A DNA stretch of 64,000 bases from Heteronotia binoei. Its lineage: Eukaryota. The position numbers and the translations under genes were made by a program. Position 1 is the stretch's first letter. Each line of letters starts with the position of its first letter. This document shows positions 37,498 through 51,560 of this stretch, piece after piece. The stretch covers positions 5,456,001 through 5,520,000 of the forward strand of contig NC_083237.1 in NCBI RefSeq assembly GCF_032191835.1, given 5' to 3'. The notes below the pieces were generated by a model. That model saw only the letters and a list, made by a program, of their open reading frames with translations, had not been told where the DNA came from and did not search any database.

Positions 37498-38023
37498 GAG
37501 AGGTGGAAAGAAAGCAACTTTAACTGCATTTTCCAAGCTGCTAGGTGTCTTGGCTTGGAGAAGTGATTTGAAGAGAGAAATGCCTTCTCCAAGCCAGCCA
37601 ATGGGACAGTGGGGGTTTTGAGAGTCACACTATATGTGTGGAAGAGCCACATGCGGCTCCCAAGCCACAGTTTGGTTACCCTGGTGTAGAGCATCGTCTG
37701 TTTCCATTACACTTAAAAAAAAAACTGAGCCTAGCAGATTCAATAGGAACAAGGCGTTGCCTTGGATATTTCATGGCCTCCTTCAATTCTCTAATTCTTC
37801 AAGTAGAGAGACGTGGTCCCTGAAACATCTAACTAATGTTCCTCTGGAAAAAAACCCTCCAAAATTGTGCTTCATGTACAACATAAATGTACAACCTAAA
37901 TGCAAAACTCTTAATACCGTTAATAAGGAGAACTGGCAGAGTTAGAAATCAAACCCGAGCTGAAGACTGGAGGTTTAAATCCCCACCTAAGCCACCCACC
38001 AAGTATGGAGGAGACCTTGACCT

Positions 38024-38492
38024 TAAGAACATAAGAGAAGCCATCTTGGATCAGAGCAATAGCCCATCCAGTCCAACACTCTGTGTCACATAACAACATA
38101 AGAGAAGCCACGCTGGATCAGGCCAATGGCCCATCCAGTCCAACACTCTGTGTCACATAAGGACATAAGAGAAGCCACGTTGGATCAGGCCAATGGCCCA
38201 TCCAGTCCAACACTCTGTGTCACATAAGGACATAAGAGAAGCCATGTTGGATCAGGTCAATGGCCCATCCAGTCCAGCACTCTGTGTCACATAAGAACAG
38301 AAGAGAAGCCACGTTGGATCAGGCCAATGGCCCATCCAGTCCAACACTCTGTGTCACATAAGGACATAAGAGAAGCCATGTTGGATCAGGTCAATGGCCC
38401 ATCCAGTCCAACACTCTGTGTCACATAAGAACAGAAGAGAAGCCATGCTGGATCAGGCCAAAGGCCCATCCAGTCCAACACTCTGTGTCACA
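38024..38492 (-). repeat. Second tandem array, 7 x 67-bp CR1 3'-terminus units, opposite orientation
   Basis: Unit marker at 38031, 38098, 38165, 38232, 38299, 38366, 38433. Confidence 0.92.
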
Positions 38493-39061
38493 CAGTGTCC
38501 AAAAAAAACCCCAGATGCCATCAGGAGGTCCATCAGTGTGGCCAGGACACCAGAAGTCCTCCCACTGTGCCCCCCTCCCAAGCACCAAGAATACAGAGCA
38601 TCACCGCCCTAGACAGAGAATCCCAACAGTACACTGTGCATAAGAGCGGCATCATTACAGCAGCATCTTCTTTGAACTGGGGTGACTGGCTATATAGCTG
38701 CCTCCTGAGAACTATGCTCCAATCTACCATTCCAAATCCCGTTTTGCTCTCCTATTCATTATGCTATATTACAATCTACTATTATAATTGATTGTTTCAA
38801 ATAAGAAATCAAGTTAAAAGGACATATGGCCCTTCTGGGAGATTAGTGAGAATACAGATGTAAGGGCTGAATGAGGTTAACATACGTAGTGAGATAAGAA
38901 ACCAATATCCCTATTAAGTCCTGGGGAATTCCAGCTTGCAACACAGCAATGTCTCTTTCTAGTCTATTTCCGAAGTTCCTTTGTAATACAACAGCTCCTT
39001 TGAGGTTCCCCCACTGAATTTCCCGGAAGGTTGATGCTGACTCAGGTGGGCCCGGGTTAGT

Positions 39062-39380
39062 CCGACTTCATCTAGACCTCAGAAGCTATGCAGGACCGGC
39101 CCTGTCTAGTACTCAGGTGAGAGACCACCAAGGAAGTCCAGGCTTGCTAAGCAAAAGCAGGCAATGGCCCACTACGTTTAAAAGTCTCTTGTCTTGTACT
39201 GGTTGTCCCAGACTTGTCAGATCTCGGAAGTTAAGCAGGATTCCAGCTCTGGCCGGCCCTAGACCGTCTGGCACCCTAGGCAAGACTAACTTTTTCACCC
39301 TCAGAAGACAGGCGCTCTAGGCAATCACCTAGATGGAGCTGAGCACTGGTTTGTACTTGGGTGGGATGAAAGACTACGGA
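39062..39380 (+). mobile_element. Degenerate 5S rRNA-derived (SINE3-like) fragments
   Basis: GATCTCGGAAGTTAAGCAGG and CTAGTACTCAGGTGAGAGACC align with the internal 5S A/C boxes. Confidence 0.6.
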
Positions 39381-39909
39381 GGGAGGTCTAGCCTCAGTCT
39401 GCAGAAGTAGGCAAGGGCAGGCCACTTCCGCCCAACTCTTCCCTTGAACACCGCCCCCCCCCTCCAAAAAAATAAATAAATAAGATGGTTGTGACTCAAT
39501 GCCACTTTCCATCTACAAGGTAGGTGCCTTTTTGAATGTTAGGGGAAATGGTGCATCCCTCTGCAGGAAAAAGAGGTTAATTTCTGAAGCTGTGCCCTGA
39601 CCTATAGTAACAGCACAACTCCGGTGATCAACACCAAGGATTAATTCATTGTCCTGCCGTAACGCAATGAGCCACAGTGTTATATAATGCAAACAAACGT
39701 TCTCCGGTAGACAATTCAGGCTCTGAACTTATGGTGCATTCACACCACGTTATTTAGTGTAATGTGAATGCACCATTGGGTCAGCAGCCAGTTTGGGGGA
39801 GGGGGGGGCAGGAGACGGAGGAGAGAAGAAACTGGCAAAACTGCACATTTGGTGTCTAGGCAGACACGGTGGGCAAGCACCACACAGAGATAGAGGGGTC
39901 CTGGCTCAG

Positions 39910-40295
39910 TGGCCAGTTTGGTGCAGTGGTTAAGTGTGTGGACTCTTATCTGGGAGAACCGGGTTTGATTCCCCCACTCCTCCACTTGCAGCTGCCGGAA
40001 TGGCCTTGGGTCAGCCATAGCTCTTGCTAAGTGATTAAGTGCACAGACTCTTATCTGGGAGAACCGGGTTTGATTCCCCACTCCTCCACTTGCAGCTGCT
40101 GGAATGGCCTTGGGTCAGCCATAGCTCTGGCAGAGATTGTCCTTGAAAGGGCAGCTGCTGTGAGAGCCCTCTCAGTCCCATCCACCTCACAGGGTGTCTA
40201 TTATGGGGGGAGAAGATATGGGAGATTGTAAGCCACTCTGAGTCTCTGATTCAGGGAGAAGGGTGGGGTATAAATCTGCAATTCTTCTTCTCCTC
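39910..40295 (+). mobile_element. tRNA-head SINE (Squam2-like) with duplicated head
   Basis: GCCAGTTTGGTGCAGTGGTTAAG head and (TTC)n tail; minus copies at 8433-8690, 24605-24880, 46175-46440, 49045-49500, 52600-53010, 54498-54757, 60664-61035. Confidence 0.75.
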
Positions 40296-41391
40296 CTCCT
40301 GGCATGCAGAAGGTCCCAGCTCCAACCCCCAGCATCTCCAGTTAAAATGATTAGGTAGGAGGTGATGGGAAAGACCTGGGCCTAAGACCCTGAAGAGTGG
40401 CTGCCCGTCAGAGTAGACTATACTGACTTCGATGTACCAAGGTCTGAATCAGTTTAGGCAGCAGTTTCATATGCTCATGAGATACAAGGGTGTAGAGTCT
40501 CTACTTCCAAAGAAAAGCACAAATCCAGTTGTTGTATGGTTTGAAGTGAGGTGGCCAAACTGTGGCTCGGGAGCCACATGTGGCTTTTTCACACATATTG
40601 TGCGGCTCTTAAAGCCCCTGCCAATTGCCTAGAGAGGGCATTTGTTCTTTAAATCACTTCTCCAAGCCAAGCCAGCCAACAGCTTGGAGAATGCATTTAA
40701 AGTTGCTTTCTTGCCACCTTTCCCTCTTTCCTCCATCTATTTCCCTCCCTTCCTCCCTTTCTCGTGACTCTCAGACATCTGTGGTCTCCAGAGAACTATA
40801 AGAACATAAAAGAAGCCATGTTGGATCATCTGCAGCTCTCATACATCTGTTTATTCTATGTGGCTCTTACATTAAGCAAGTATGACCACTCCTTGTTTGC
40901 CGTATTAAAGCTATGTGCCTCTTCAACTTTTCAAAGCGTGTTCTTTTCTTCCAAAAAAAAAGAAGGGGGGGCCATGCAGACCAGTTGATGCTTGTATTGG
41001 TGTGAGGACAGACCATCTCCACAGATTGGCCCTAAATGCTGCTGTTGAAATTTCACAGTCAAGAGGAAAGGAGAAAGGAGGTCCTAACAAAGCCCCCGGG
41101 GGTGGTCCCATCTCCGCTCCCAAGGTAAGGGGTCAAACTATACGTTACATGTTAAAAGGTAAATTAGTTGGATGGCAAAAGTTCTGAGATAGAAATGCTT
41201 TCTTTTTGACCCAGACTTATAATAATAGAATCATTAACAGACATCCTCACATTTTGACATATTCCTGTTTTATTGCTTTGCCATGGTCATGCTACTTAGG
41301 TCAAAGGTTTGCTCAGTTTTGTTAATTTTATACTATTCTGTCATTGGATCTTAAACTTGTACCATTTTGCATTCTAAACCACCGCCTACCA

Positions 41392-41548
41392 GAAGGCAAA
41401 AGAAGAAGGGGACGGCAAAAGATGAGACTGCTGGACAGCGTTACTGATGTAACAAACACTAATTTGAGCAGACTTCGGAGGATGGTGGAAGACAGGAGGG
41501 CCTGGCGTTGCAAAGAGTCGGACTCGACTGTGTGACAGAACAACAAAA
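41392..41548 (+). mobile_element. BovB/RTE 3'-end fragment inside a Penelope-like remnant
   Basis: GAAGGCAAAAG...GCAAAGAGTCGGAC...(AAC)n; second copy at 55034-55190. Confidence 0.75.
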
Positions 41549-41973
41549 CCAGATAATTTTACTATTCTGTCATTAGATCTTAAATTCGTACCATTTTGCA
41601 TTCTGAGCCACTGCCTACCAGCTATGTGTGGCTCTGCTCACTTTACCGGATTCCTCATCAGATGAAGCGTGCTTAGAGCACACAAAAGCTTACAGTCTGA
41701 ATAAAACTAATAGAACAAAGCGGTAGACAAGTGCACCTTTAAGACCAACTAATAATACAATAAATAAAACTGAATAAAACTTAGTGGGTCTTAAAGGTGC
41801 ACTTGTCTACTGCTTTGTTCTATTGCTTCAGACGAACACGGCTGCCCACTGGGATGAATAAAACGAAGTTGGTCTTAAAGGTGCAACTTGTCTCCTAAGA
41901 AGTTAAACATTAAATGGCATAGCCCAGTACTGTAGTGTCAAATAGATTAGATAGGAAAGCGCTCTCAGCGATT

Positions 41974-42045
41974 TCCTCGTTAGTATAGTGGTAAGTATCC
42001 CCGCCTGTCACGCGGGAGACCGGGGTTCGATTCCCCGACGGGGAG
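41974..42045 (+). tRNA. tRNA-Asp (GTC)
   Basis: TCCTCGTTAGTATAGTGG...GACGGGGAG; cloverleaf intact. Confidence 0.96.
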
Positions 42046-42600
42046 AGCAAATATTTTGGAAATTCAAGTCCCAGGTAAATATCTCGATTTTAAAAAACAT
42101 CTTGCAAGGTTCTATTGCAATAGCACTAAAGCATACACGGTTCTTAGTCTAGCGATTCGCTTCTTAGGTTTTCTGCCCTTTTGGGGGGGGTAGTTGTTTC
42201 TTTGTTGGGCAAGTCTGTCCTTTCCTAACAAGACACCAATTACGGCTCGGATTTGCATTTTTAAAAGAGTTTTATCTTCTTTGTCCTTTGATGCAGCTGA
42301 TAAATCCTCTGATGAAGTGGGCAGCTTAATTCTTGCACTCCATTGCAGGCTTTTACATCATGCTCTGTAACATGTTACTCCCCCTCCCCTTAAAAAAATA
42401 TCAGACATACAGAGTGGGGGACTAGAAGGCTATTCAATCCTCAACGCAGTTATCTCGGTTTAGGATTACATTGTAACGCACTACTTCATAGTATCAGAAT
42501 CAATAATTATTTTAAGGGGCACTTCTTTATCTATGGTCTGAACGGTCAGAATCCTGCATAAAGAGCCTTTTCCGTTGTGGTGAATTTAATAAAAAAAATA

Positions 42601-42682
42601 TGGCAGCGGTGGGATTCGAACCCACGCCCCCGAAGAGACTGGAGCCTTAATCCAGCGCCTTAGACCGCTCGGCCACGCTACC
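42601..42682 (-). tRNA. tRNA-Leu (AAG)
   Basis: Reverse complement GGTAGCGTGGCCGAGCGG...CACCGCTGCCA, canonical; oligo-T downstream on minus. Confidence 0.97.
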
Positions 42683-44217
42683 CACTAGACAAAATATTAA
42701 ACCTTTAAATTACTTTTAATATTACCAATATCTTTCCAACGTTCTTGGTCGACTCCCAGAAGGAAAAACAGTTTCTTTGCATGGATTGGATGAAAAAGCC
42801 ATAGCGCAGCTACCGACCAATCAAGTCTCAGTGCGGGACATTTAAAAAAAAAATTCTCTTCCTTTAGTAAACATTCAAGAATGAAGAAAATTAAATTCCA
42901 CGTTAGCTTTATTTGTTGCCCTCACAGATCAAGCAAGATGGCTAAAGATTTAAACCAGGAAACACACGGTGGGAAAATTACACACGCCGCGAGGGCTTTT
43001 ATACCGTGCTTTGAAATATCTCCCCTCCTCCATTCCACTTTCCTGTCCGTGATATCTTCATGCCTTATGTAAACTGCAGCGAGAAGGCATTCATGTCGTC
43101 CAAAAGACTAATGCAGATGGGCAGCCGTGTTGGCCTGAAGCAGTAGAACAAAGTAAGAGTCAAGTTGCACCTCTAACACCAACAAAGTTTTATTCAGCTG
43201 AATAAAACTTCGTTGGTCTTAGAGGGGCGACTTGATTCTTTCTTTCTTTCCTCCCACCCCAGGTGGAGAGGTGATTCAAAGGCATTGGAACTGGAGGAGA
43301 GTTATAAAAGGGGTAGTAGAATATGGCTTTAGAATATGTCTTTAACTGTTGAAATATGGCTTTAACTGAGGAGATGGTGCATAAAACTGAATAAAACTTT
43401 GTTGGTCTCAGAGGTGCCACTTGACTCTTGCTTTGAGGCGCAACTTGACTAGCGTGTTCAAGGTTTGATGCTCCGTTATGAATGAGTTAACGATTCCATT
43501 TTCAGTTTTCAGAAGTTTTATTAGTTTCAGAAAAAGGTGTGTGTGGGGGGTAGGAATAAGGGGAAAATAAAAACGAAAGCACAATACATTCTGACCTTAT
43601 TTTGTATAAAATGCTTTCAAAAATAAAACACAAGTATGATTTTACAATATTTTCTTTACATAAATTGTCCCATATTATTTTGTCTAAGCTGCATATATTC
43701 CATTTTAAAATCTGATGGTAAAAATCTTTTGATATTAACGATTCCATTTTCATACGCCATCTGATGCACAAGAGTGTACTGGCCGAGCTTGCATTCCCAC
43801 GGAAGATACATACTTGTGTAGGAAAAAAGAAAGGTCCCCTGTGCAAGCACCAGTCGTTTCCCACTCTGGGGTGATGTTGCTTTCACAACGTTTTCACGGC
43901 AGACTTTTGACGGGGTGGTTTGCCATTGCCTTCCCCAGTCATCTACGCTTCCCCCCCAGCAAGCCCGGGACTCATTTGACCGACCTCGGAAAGAACAAAA
44001 CGGATGGGGAAAATCTTGTCCAATCATCGAGCGGCGCGGAAAATTTAAATACAGCAATCGATTGGTTGCTGCCGGAATCGAAATACGGCAATTGATTGGT
44101 TGTTACCAGCAGCCAATGAAAGCCAAGGAAAAAAGAGGATAAATACCATTCCGGCGGGCTTAAGTGTATCAGTCGGAGTTGGGTTTGATCGGAGGTGCGT
44201 TTTGCTTTAATTGCTGA

Positions 44218-44631
<414 letters not shown>

Positions 44632-44678
44632 GGTCGCTGAGCGTCGTTACAGTGAAATCCCCCCACTCTATTCCCAAA

Positions 44679-44694
44679 GGCTCTTTTAAGAGCC
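44679..44694 (+). terminator. Histone 3' stem-loop GGCTCTTTTAAGAGCC (H3)
   Basis: Canonical 16-nt stem-loop preceded by AAA. Confidence 0.95.
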
Positions 44695-46530
44695 ACTACA
44701 TAATTCTCAGGAATGGCTGAAATCTCTGATTCTTGCGTTCAATTATATTTTTTCTTCCTAGTGAAAACAGCAAACGTCTTGGTTTTATCCTTGTAAAAGC
44801 CGAGACTGGATAAACCAAATCTCCCTCACGAGCTATTTACGAAGGCTTTTGAAAATCAGAAAGAACCCAAGTATGGTTTAAGATTAGGGCGGACATGAAA
44901 AAATTGTGAGCTCCCGAAAGGAGTGCAAGCACCAGCCATTTCCGACTCTGGGGTGATGTTGCTTTTCACAACGTTTTTACGGGGTGGTTTGCCATTGCCT
45001 TACCCAGTCTCTTACACTTGCCCCCCCCCCAGCAAGCTGCGTACTCATTTTACCGACCTCGGAAGAATGAGTCAACCTCGAGCTAGCTACCTGAAAACCC
45101 AGCTTCCGCCGGGATTGAACACTCGTGAGCACAGTTTAGGATTGCGGCTTTAACACCGCCATGGGGCCGCCTATGAACTCCCAGAAACTCAAAGTTAAAT
45201 ACTCAGAAATTCCACAGGGCATCTTGCTAATCTTACAGAGGGTGACAGTTTTCTAGACCAAAACTTTCAAAGGGATGCATGAAACGCTGCTAACAATATA
45301 ACTTCGTCTGAAATCACTCTTTACAATATATATAGGGCAGGTGGGGTTACATCCTAGCTGTATCTGAGTTAGTGGTGACTCAACCTGTCTCGCCACGCGT
45401 TTTGTTAAAGACTTTTAGGTGCTACGGAATTCTTCCTCTTTACTATTTATAATTGTATTTTAAACAATGCTTTTGGGGGGGGGGCGGTGATAGCAAATCA
45501 TTGAGGGGACACCCGGAATACGACACAGCCATTTGTGTGGCAGGCAAAGCACAGGAAAAAGGTTTAACTGGATTCAATTCGAAATGCTCCCAGCTGATAA
45601 GATAACAAACAATAGTATGAGAGTGATATTTAGCTCTTTACTAGTCAACGATAGATTTAAACTTTAGAGGGAGAGTCTAACGCTGAAGCTACTTAAAATA
45701 ACATTTGCAAATTTGGGCTGGACAAAGGCTCACCCATGAGATAAAGCAATCAGTCTTCTAAATGTGATTGTTCGGTTTACTTCCAGCCGTGATTCAAGGA
45801 CAGGTCCACACCCACTCCGATGCGATTTACTCTTAACCAGGCGTTTAAAAAAACAACCCTGCGGCACAACTAATTAACCCTTTTCTCTCCCCACCCCCTC
45901 CTTTGAATTTCTGGCGCTTTTGATATAATACCTTGTGCATTTTATCCCGCCCAAAGGATAACTTGAACTGGGAGAAAACTCTACTTAAAAACATTGTTTC
46001 ATAAGAAAAAAAATACATTGAAAGTAGAATCACTCTAAAAGAGAAACACTGGAAAACATGCTATTGGCCTTTCGCGCTATACTACAAAGTAAAAAACGGT
46101 AAAGCTGTTACTAAATGCCGTTGGCAATTGCTTTAAAACATGGAAATTAACCAACTAAAATCCACTCCAAAACAAAAGATATTGGATTTATATACCGCCC
46201 TCCACTCCGAAGGGTCTCAGAGCGGATCACTATCTCCTTTCCCTTCCTCCCCCACAACACTCTGTGAGGTGGGTGGGGCTGGAGAGAGCTCTCCCAGAAG
46301 CTGCCCCTTCAAGGACAACCTCTGCCAGAGCTATGGCTGACCCAAGGCCATCCCAGCGGGTGTAAGTGGAGGAGTGGGGAATCAAACCCGGTTCTCCCAA
46401 ATAAGAATACGCACACTTAACCACAACAAACTGGCTCTCCATAAAAGTTATGGTTTCCATAAAAGTCCATAACTCACTACCTTAGATTAGGTTTTTAAGT
46501 GCTTACAGCTCTTTTAGAGAAAACGTGGGT

Positions 46531-46546
46531 GGCTCTTAAAAGAGCC
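46531..46546 (-). terminator. Histone 3' stem-loop (H2B copy 1)
   Basis: Reverse complement GGCTCTTTTAAGAGCC followed by ACCCA. Confidence 0.95.
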
Positions 46547-46574
46547 TTTAGTTCTCAAACAAAATGTTTTCCCT

Positions 46575-47129
<555 letters not shown>

Positions 47130-50100
47130 TCAAATGCTGCGTTTCTATTGGGCAGAACAATACCTCCTTCTCATTGGTTGAGGAGTTTAAACTGGCTTGA
47201 CTGCTAAGAATCTTATTGGACCTTGAGGAACAAATTTCATGATGGGCCAATCAAACTCGTTTTAGTTCAAGCCACAGGGTAAAAATGATAGAAAAATGCG
47301 GACAGCTTGGGGTGGCCTTTTCGAAAACGACAGCGAAGTAATCCTGTGACAAACTAAAGCCGCAAGTGTCCATAGGCTTGCTGGAGGGTTGGTCTCATTA
47401 AATGGTGACCTAGTTTTCGAGTTTCACGGAAGCCTTTCTTAGGTCGGGTGACCAACCGCGGGGGCGATGCAACACGGTCGAACAGGGGAGCCGCCCCCCG
47501 CCCCCCTTCGCAATATGAGACGTTTTCCTTGATTCAGTAAGCTTGCTGCTAATTGATTGCATCGAATGCAGGGAAATTTCATCAAAACCGCATCTGAGCA
47601 ATTAACAGCTGCTCGGCCTTTGATAACCAGCAGTCGTTTGAGTATTGTCTGAAGACTACAGGCCGGTTCCTTTAAGGCAGAGCCCAGAAAAGGTTGTGAA
47701 TGGAGTCCAACCGCAATTCAGAGGCTATAACAAAATTTAGTAAAGGCAAAGGTAGTCCCCTGTGCAAGCACCAGTCGTTTCTGGGATGACGTCACATCAC
47801 GACGTTTCATTGCAGATTTTTTACGGGGTGGTTTGACCATTGCTTTCCCCAGTCTTTTACACTTTTCCCTCAGCAAGCTGGGTACTCATTTTACCCACCT
47901 TGGTAGGACGGAGTCAACCGCAACTTGGCTACCTGAACCCAGCTTCTGCTGGGATCGAACTTAGGTCATGAGCAGAGGGCTCCAACTGCAGTACTGCAGC
48001 TTTACCGCTCTGCGCCGCGGGGCTCTTGACATAGAAAAATTTAGTGCCCCATAAATTTTCATAGTAGTCTAAGTGCGGTTGGTCTTTTTTATGCTGCAAC
48101 GACAAAGCTACCTATGTGGAATTAAGGTGACTGCTATTTCGTGGCAGATCTGATTGGATATAATGCACTGAAAAGAAAAGTTACGTTGGTCTCCAACAGG
48201 GGGAAAAAATTGTATGTAATGTCCCTTTAAAACATTTGTAATACCCTTTATTAAGGCCAATTAAACAAGCCAGTGCATGAGTTTTCCAGAACAATTTAGA
48301 GTAAATCACAGCTGGAATTTTACCCAATTTCTATCAACCCAACCTGACAAGGGCCACCAAGGCAGCTAATAACAAAACACATTTTAATGCCACTGAAATC
48401 AAACCCCCACATACACATCCTTAAACAAATGAAAATCGAGAGTTAAAATAGGCAAACAGAAAACCTTAAAAGCAGCAACTAAAACACTGATTAGTAAGGG
48501 GGGGGGATCATTGAGGGAATGCCAAATGAAACAAAGTCTTCACTCGCTGGCAGAAGAAAACAGGAGAAAACAGGCGAATCTTCCCAGGGGAGAGAGTTTT
48601 TCCAGAGTTTGGGTGCCACAACAGAGAAGGCCGTCTCCCAGGTTGCCTCCCGCCTAGCCTTAGTTGGAAGGGGCAGCTGAAGCGAGGCCTCTAATAATCC
48701 CCCTAGTGGTTGGGCAGCTTCATAAGGGCTTGTCTGGGGGACCCTGTGGAGGCCTCTAGGCAATCAAAATCTCAGGGGCCCCTTTGCAAATTATCTCCTA
48801 ATGCATGCAGGCTGGGGAGGGCTACAGGGAGGGGGGAAGCCTTTAGGCCAGTGCCTACTTGGCCTATTTGTTAATTTGGCCCTGGGGGGACCCTACCCAG
48901 GGACATTGTTAAAAAGACCGTCCTTTCCTACCTATCTGCAGGGCAGAGTACTAAAGCAGCCTCCAGGGCAGATCCATTATTACCTAACGTCTGTCCCGAT
49001 TAAGACCTATGCCAGGGGTGGCCGAGTTTGCTTAACATAAGAATATGAAGAAGAAGATATTGGATTTCTATCCCGCCCTCCACTCCGAAGAGTCTCAGAG
49101 CGGCTCACAATCTCCTCTACCTTCCTCCGCCACAACAGACACCCTGTGAGGTGGGTGGGGCTGGAGAGGGCTCTCACAGCAGCTGCCCTTTCAAGGACAA
49201 CCTCTGCCAGAGCTATGGCTAACCCAAGGCCATTTCAGCAGCTGCAAGTGGAGGAGTGGGGAATCAAACCCGGTTCTCCCAGATAAGAGTCCGCACATTT
49301 AACCACTACACTAAACAGGCTCTCTTACAATCACCTTCCCTTCCTCCCCCACAACAGACACCCTGTGAGGTGGGTGGGGCTGAGGGGGCTCTCCCAGCAG
49401 CTGCCCTTTCAAGGACAACCTCTGCCAGAGCCATGGCTGACCCAAGGCCATTCCAGCAGCTGCAAGTGGAGGAGCAGGGAATCAAACCCGGTTCTCCCAG
49501 ATAAGAGCCACATAGAATAAATATCAGATCTTTGAGAACTGCAAAGTATGAACATCAGATGTCTGTGAGCTGGAAGACATGAATGTCAGATGTTCGAGAG
49601 CCACAAGACATGAACGTCAGATGTTTGATAGCAGGAAGGAAAGAAGGAAAATGGGAGGGAGGTAGTGGTGGAAAGAAAGCAACTTTAACTTTAAATGCCT
49701 TCTCCAAGCTGGCCAACAAGGTGGTAAGGGCTTCGAGAGCCACACAATGTGGGTGAAAGAGTCACAGTTTGACCACCTTTGAGCTATGCTGTGTTGCCTC
49801 TCAAGAAGACTGTAATTCTGTGATATCTCCAGGTGACCCCTGGAGGTTGGCAGTCATAAGGAGCCATCTATCCAGCCAAACTGGCAGACTAAGGGCAAAG
49901 CTGGTAAGACTTCCCACCCTTAACTCTGATCAGAACAAAGAAGTGCTTCAGATTGGAGGTTCACGTAATCGAAGGCTGGAAGCTTTATCTGGAGACTTTG
50001 GGGGTGGAGCCAGTACGGGTGTGGCAAGCACAATTGAACTCCAAAGAGAGTTTTGGCCATCACATTTAAAGGGGCCACGCTCCTTTTAAATGCCTTCCCT

Positions 50101-51049
50101 CCATTTGGAATAATGAAGGATTAGGGCACCTTATTTGGGGGCTCATAGAATTTGATCCCCTGGTACAATTTTTTTTAATATACTTAGGTGTTTTGAGGAG
50201 AGTCACCAGATGCTATGCTGAAAATCTGGTGCCTCACTACATCAAAAAGCAGCCCCTCCAGAGCCCCAGATATGCACAGATCTATTCTCCATTATACCCT
50301 ATGGGAATAGGTCTCCATAGGGAATAATGGAGTGCCCAGCAGACATTTCCCTCCCCCCCCCCCCCCGCTTTCTGATGACCCTGAAGCAGGAGGGCCTCCA
50401 AACCGGGGGATCCCCTGCCCCCAACTGGGGATTGGCAACTCTACACCTGGCTCCACCTCCAAAGTCCCCATGTATTTCCTGTTGGACCTGGCAATCCTAT
50501 GAGACGAGTCCAGGAGCACTTCTAAGACCAACGAAGTTTTATTCCCAGTATAAACTTTTGTGTGCACGCAAACAGTGGAACACAGCCTCCTCGACCATTA
50601 CATAAGGGGGGTTGTTGTCAGGAAGGGCCATTTAGCATCCAGATGCAATAAATACTAGGAGATTGTGGCTGAGATTGGACGTAGGAAAAATCTGTGAATG
50701 GCAGTAAATTACAAAAAGGCAACGAAGTCAGCTAGAAAGGGGGGGGGAAACGGGGGCAATCAGGGGACTCCAGCAACCTTCCTCCGTTTTCAAAAGTTTT
50801 TTTTGTTTCAGAAAAGATTGGGGGGGATAAGGATAGGGGGGGAAAGAAAGATAAAAGCATAATACATTCTGATCTTGTTCTACATAAAATACTTTCAAAA
50901 AGCACAAGGATGATTCTATAATATTTGCTTTACATAAATTGTCCCATATTATTTTGTCTAAGCTGTATATAATCCATTTTTAATTTTTTATCATTTAAGT
51001 CTTATGTTATTATCTAATAATTTTGACAATTCCAGTAAAGGTAAATTTT

Positions 51050-51560
51050 ATAATATAAAATACAGGAAAAAAGAATAAAGAAATCAGTTCGCACCAGAGA
51101 ATCTTAAGAGTCTTCAATCTCCAAACAAGCATATGATTTCATCCAATATTTTCTTACTTCTTTAGATTTCCCAGCAATCAGCTGAGATAGAAAGTCCAGT
51201 TCTGCTGTCTCTAGAATTTTTCCCACCAAGTCCATTTTCGTGGGAATTTCCTGCAATTTCCATCTGCTCCAGAATGATCCTAGCTGCTGTGATAAAATGT
51301 CTCATCTCTCTCGAATAGTCCTCAGGAAATATGTTCAATAAAAAATAGTTCTGGTTTGAAATGGATCTGAGTCTTCATGATCTTCTGTAATGTTTCATGC
51401 ACTATTTTCCAATAGCCTTTCACCATCTCACACGTCCACCACATATGGTAAAAGGTACCAATCTGGTTAGTACATTTCCAACATTTGTTAGACATGTTGG
51501 TCCCAGCAACCTTCCTTAGCAGCGCCATCAGCCTCTCCCCAGAAACATTTGAGAGTGTGT
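51050..51560 (-). mobile_element. L1/Tx1-like ORF2 C-terminal (CCHC) fragment
   Basis: CWKC...GTFYHMWWTC zinc-knuckle motif. Confidence 0.75.

Noticed and set aside
37132-37694. ORFs spanning X runs
   Set aside because: Artefacts of the 158-N assembly gap.
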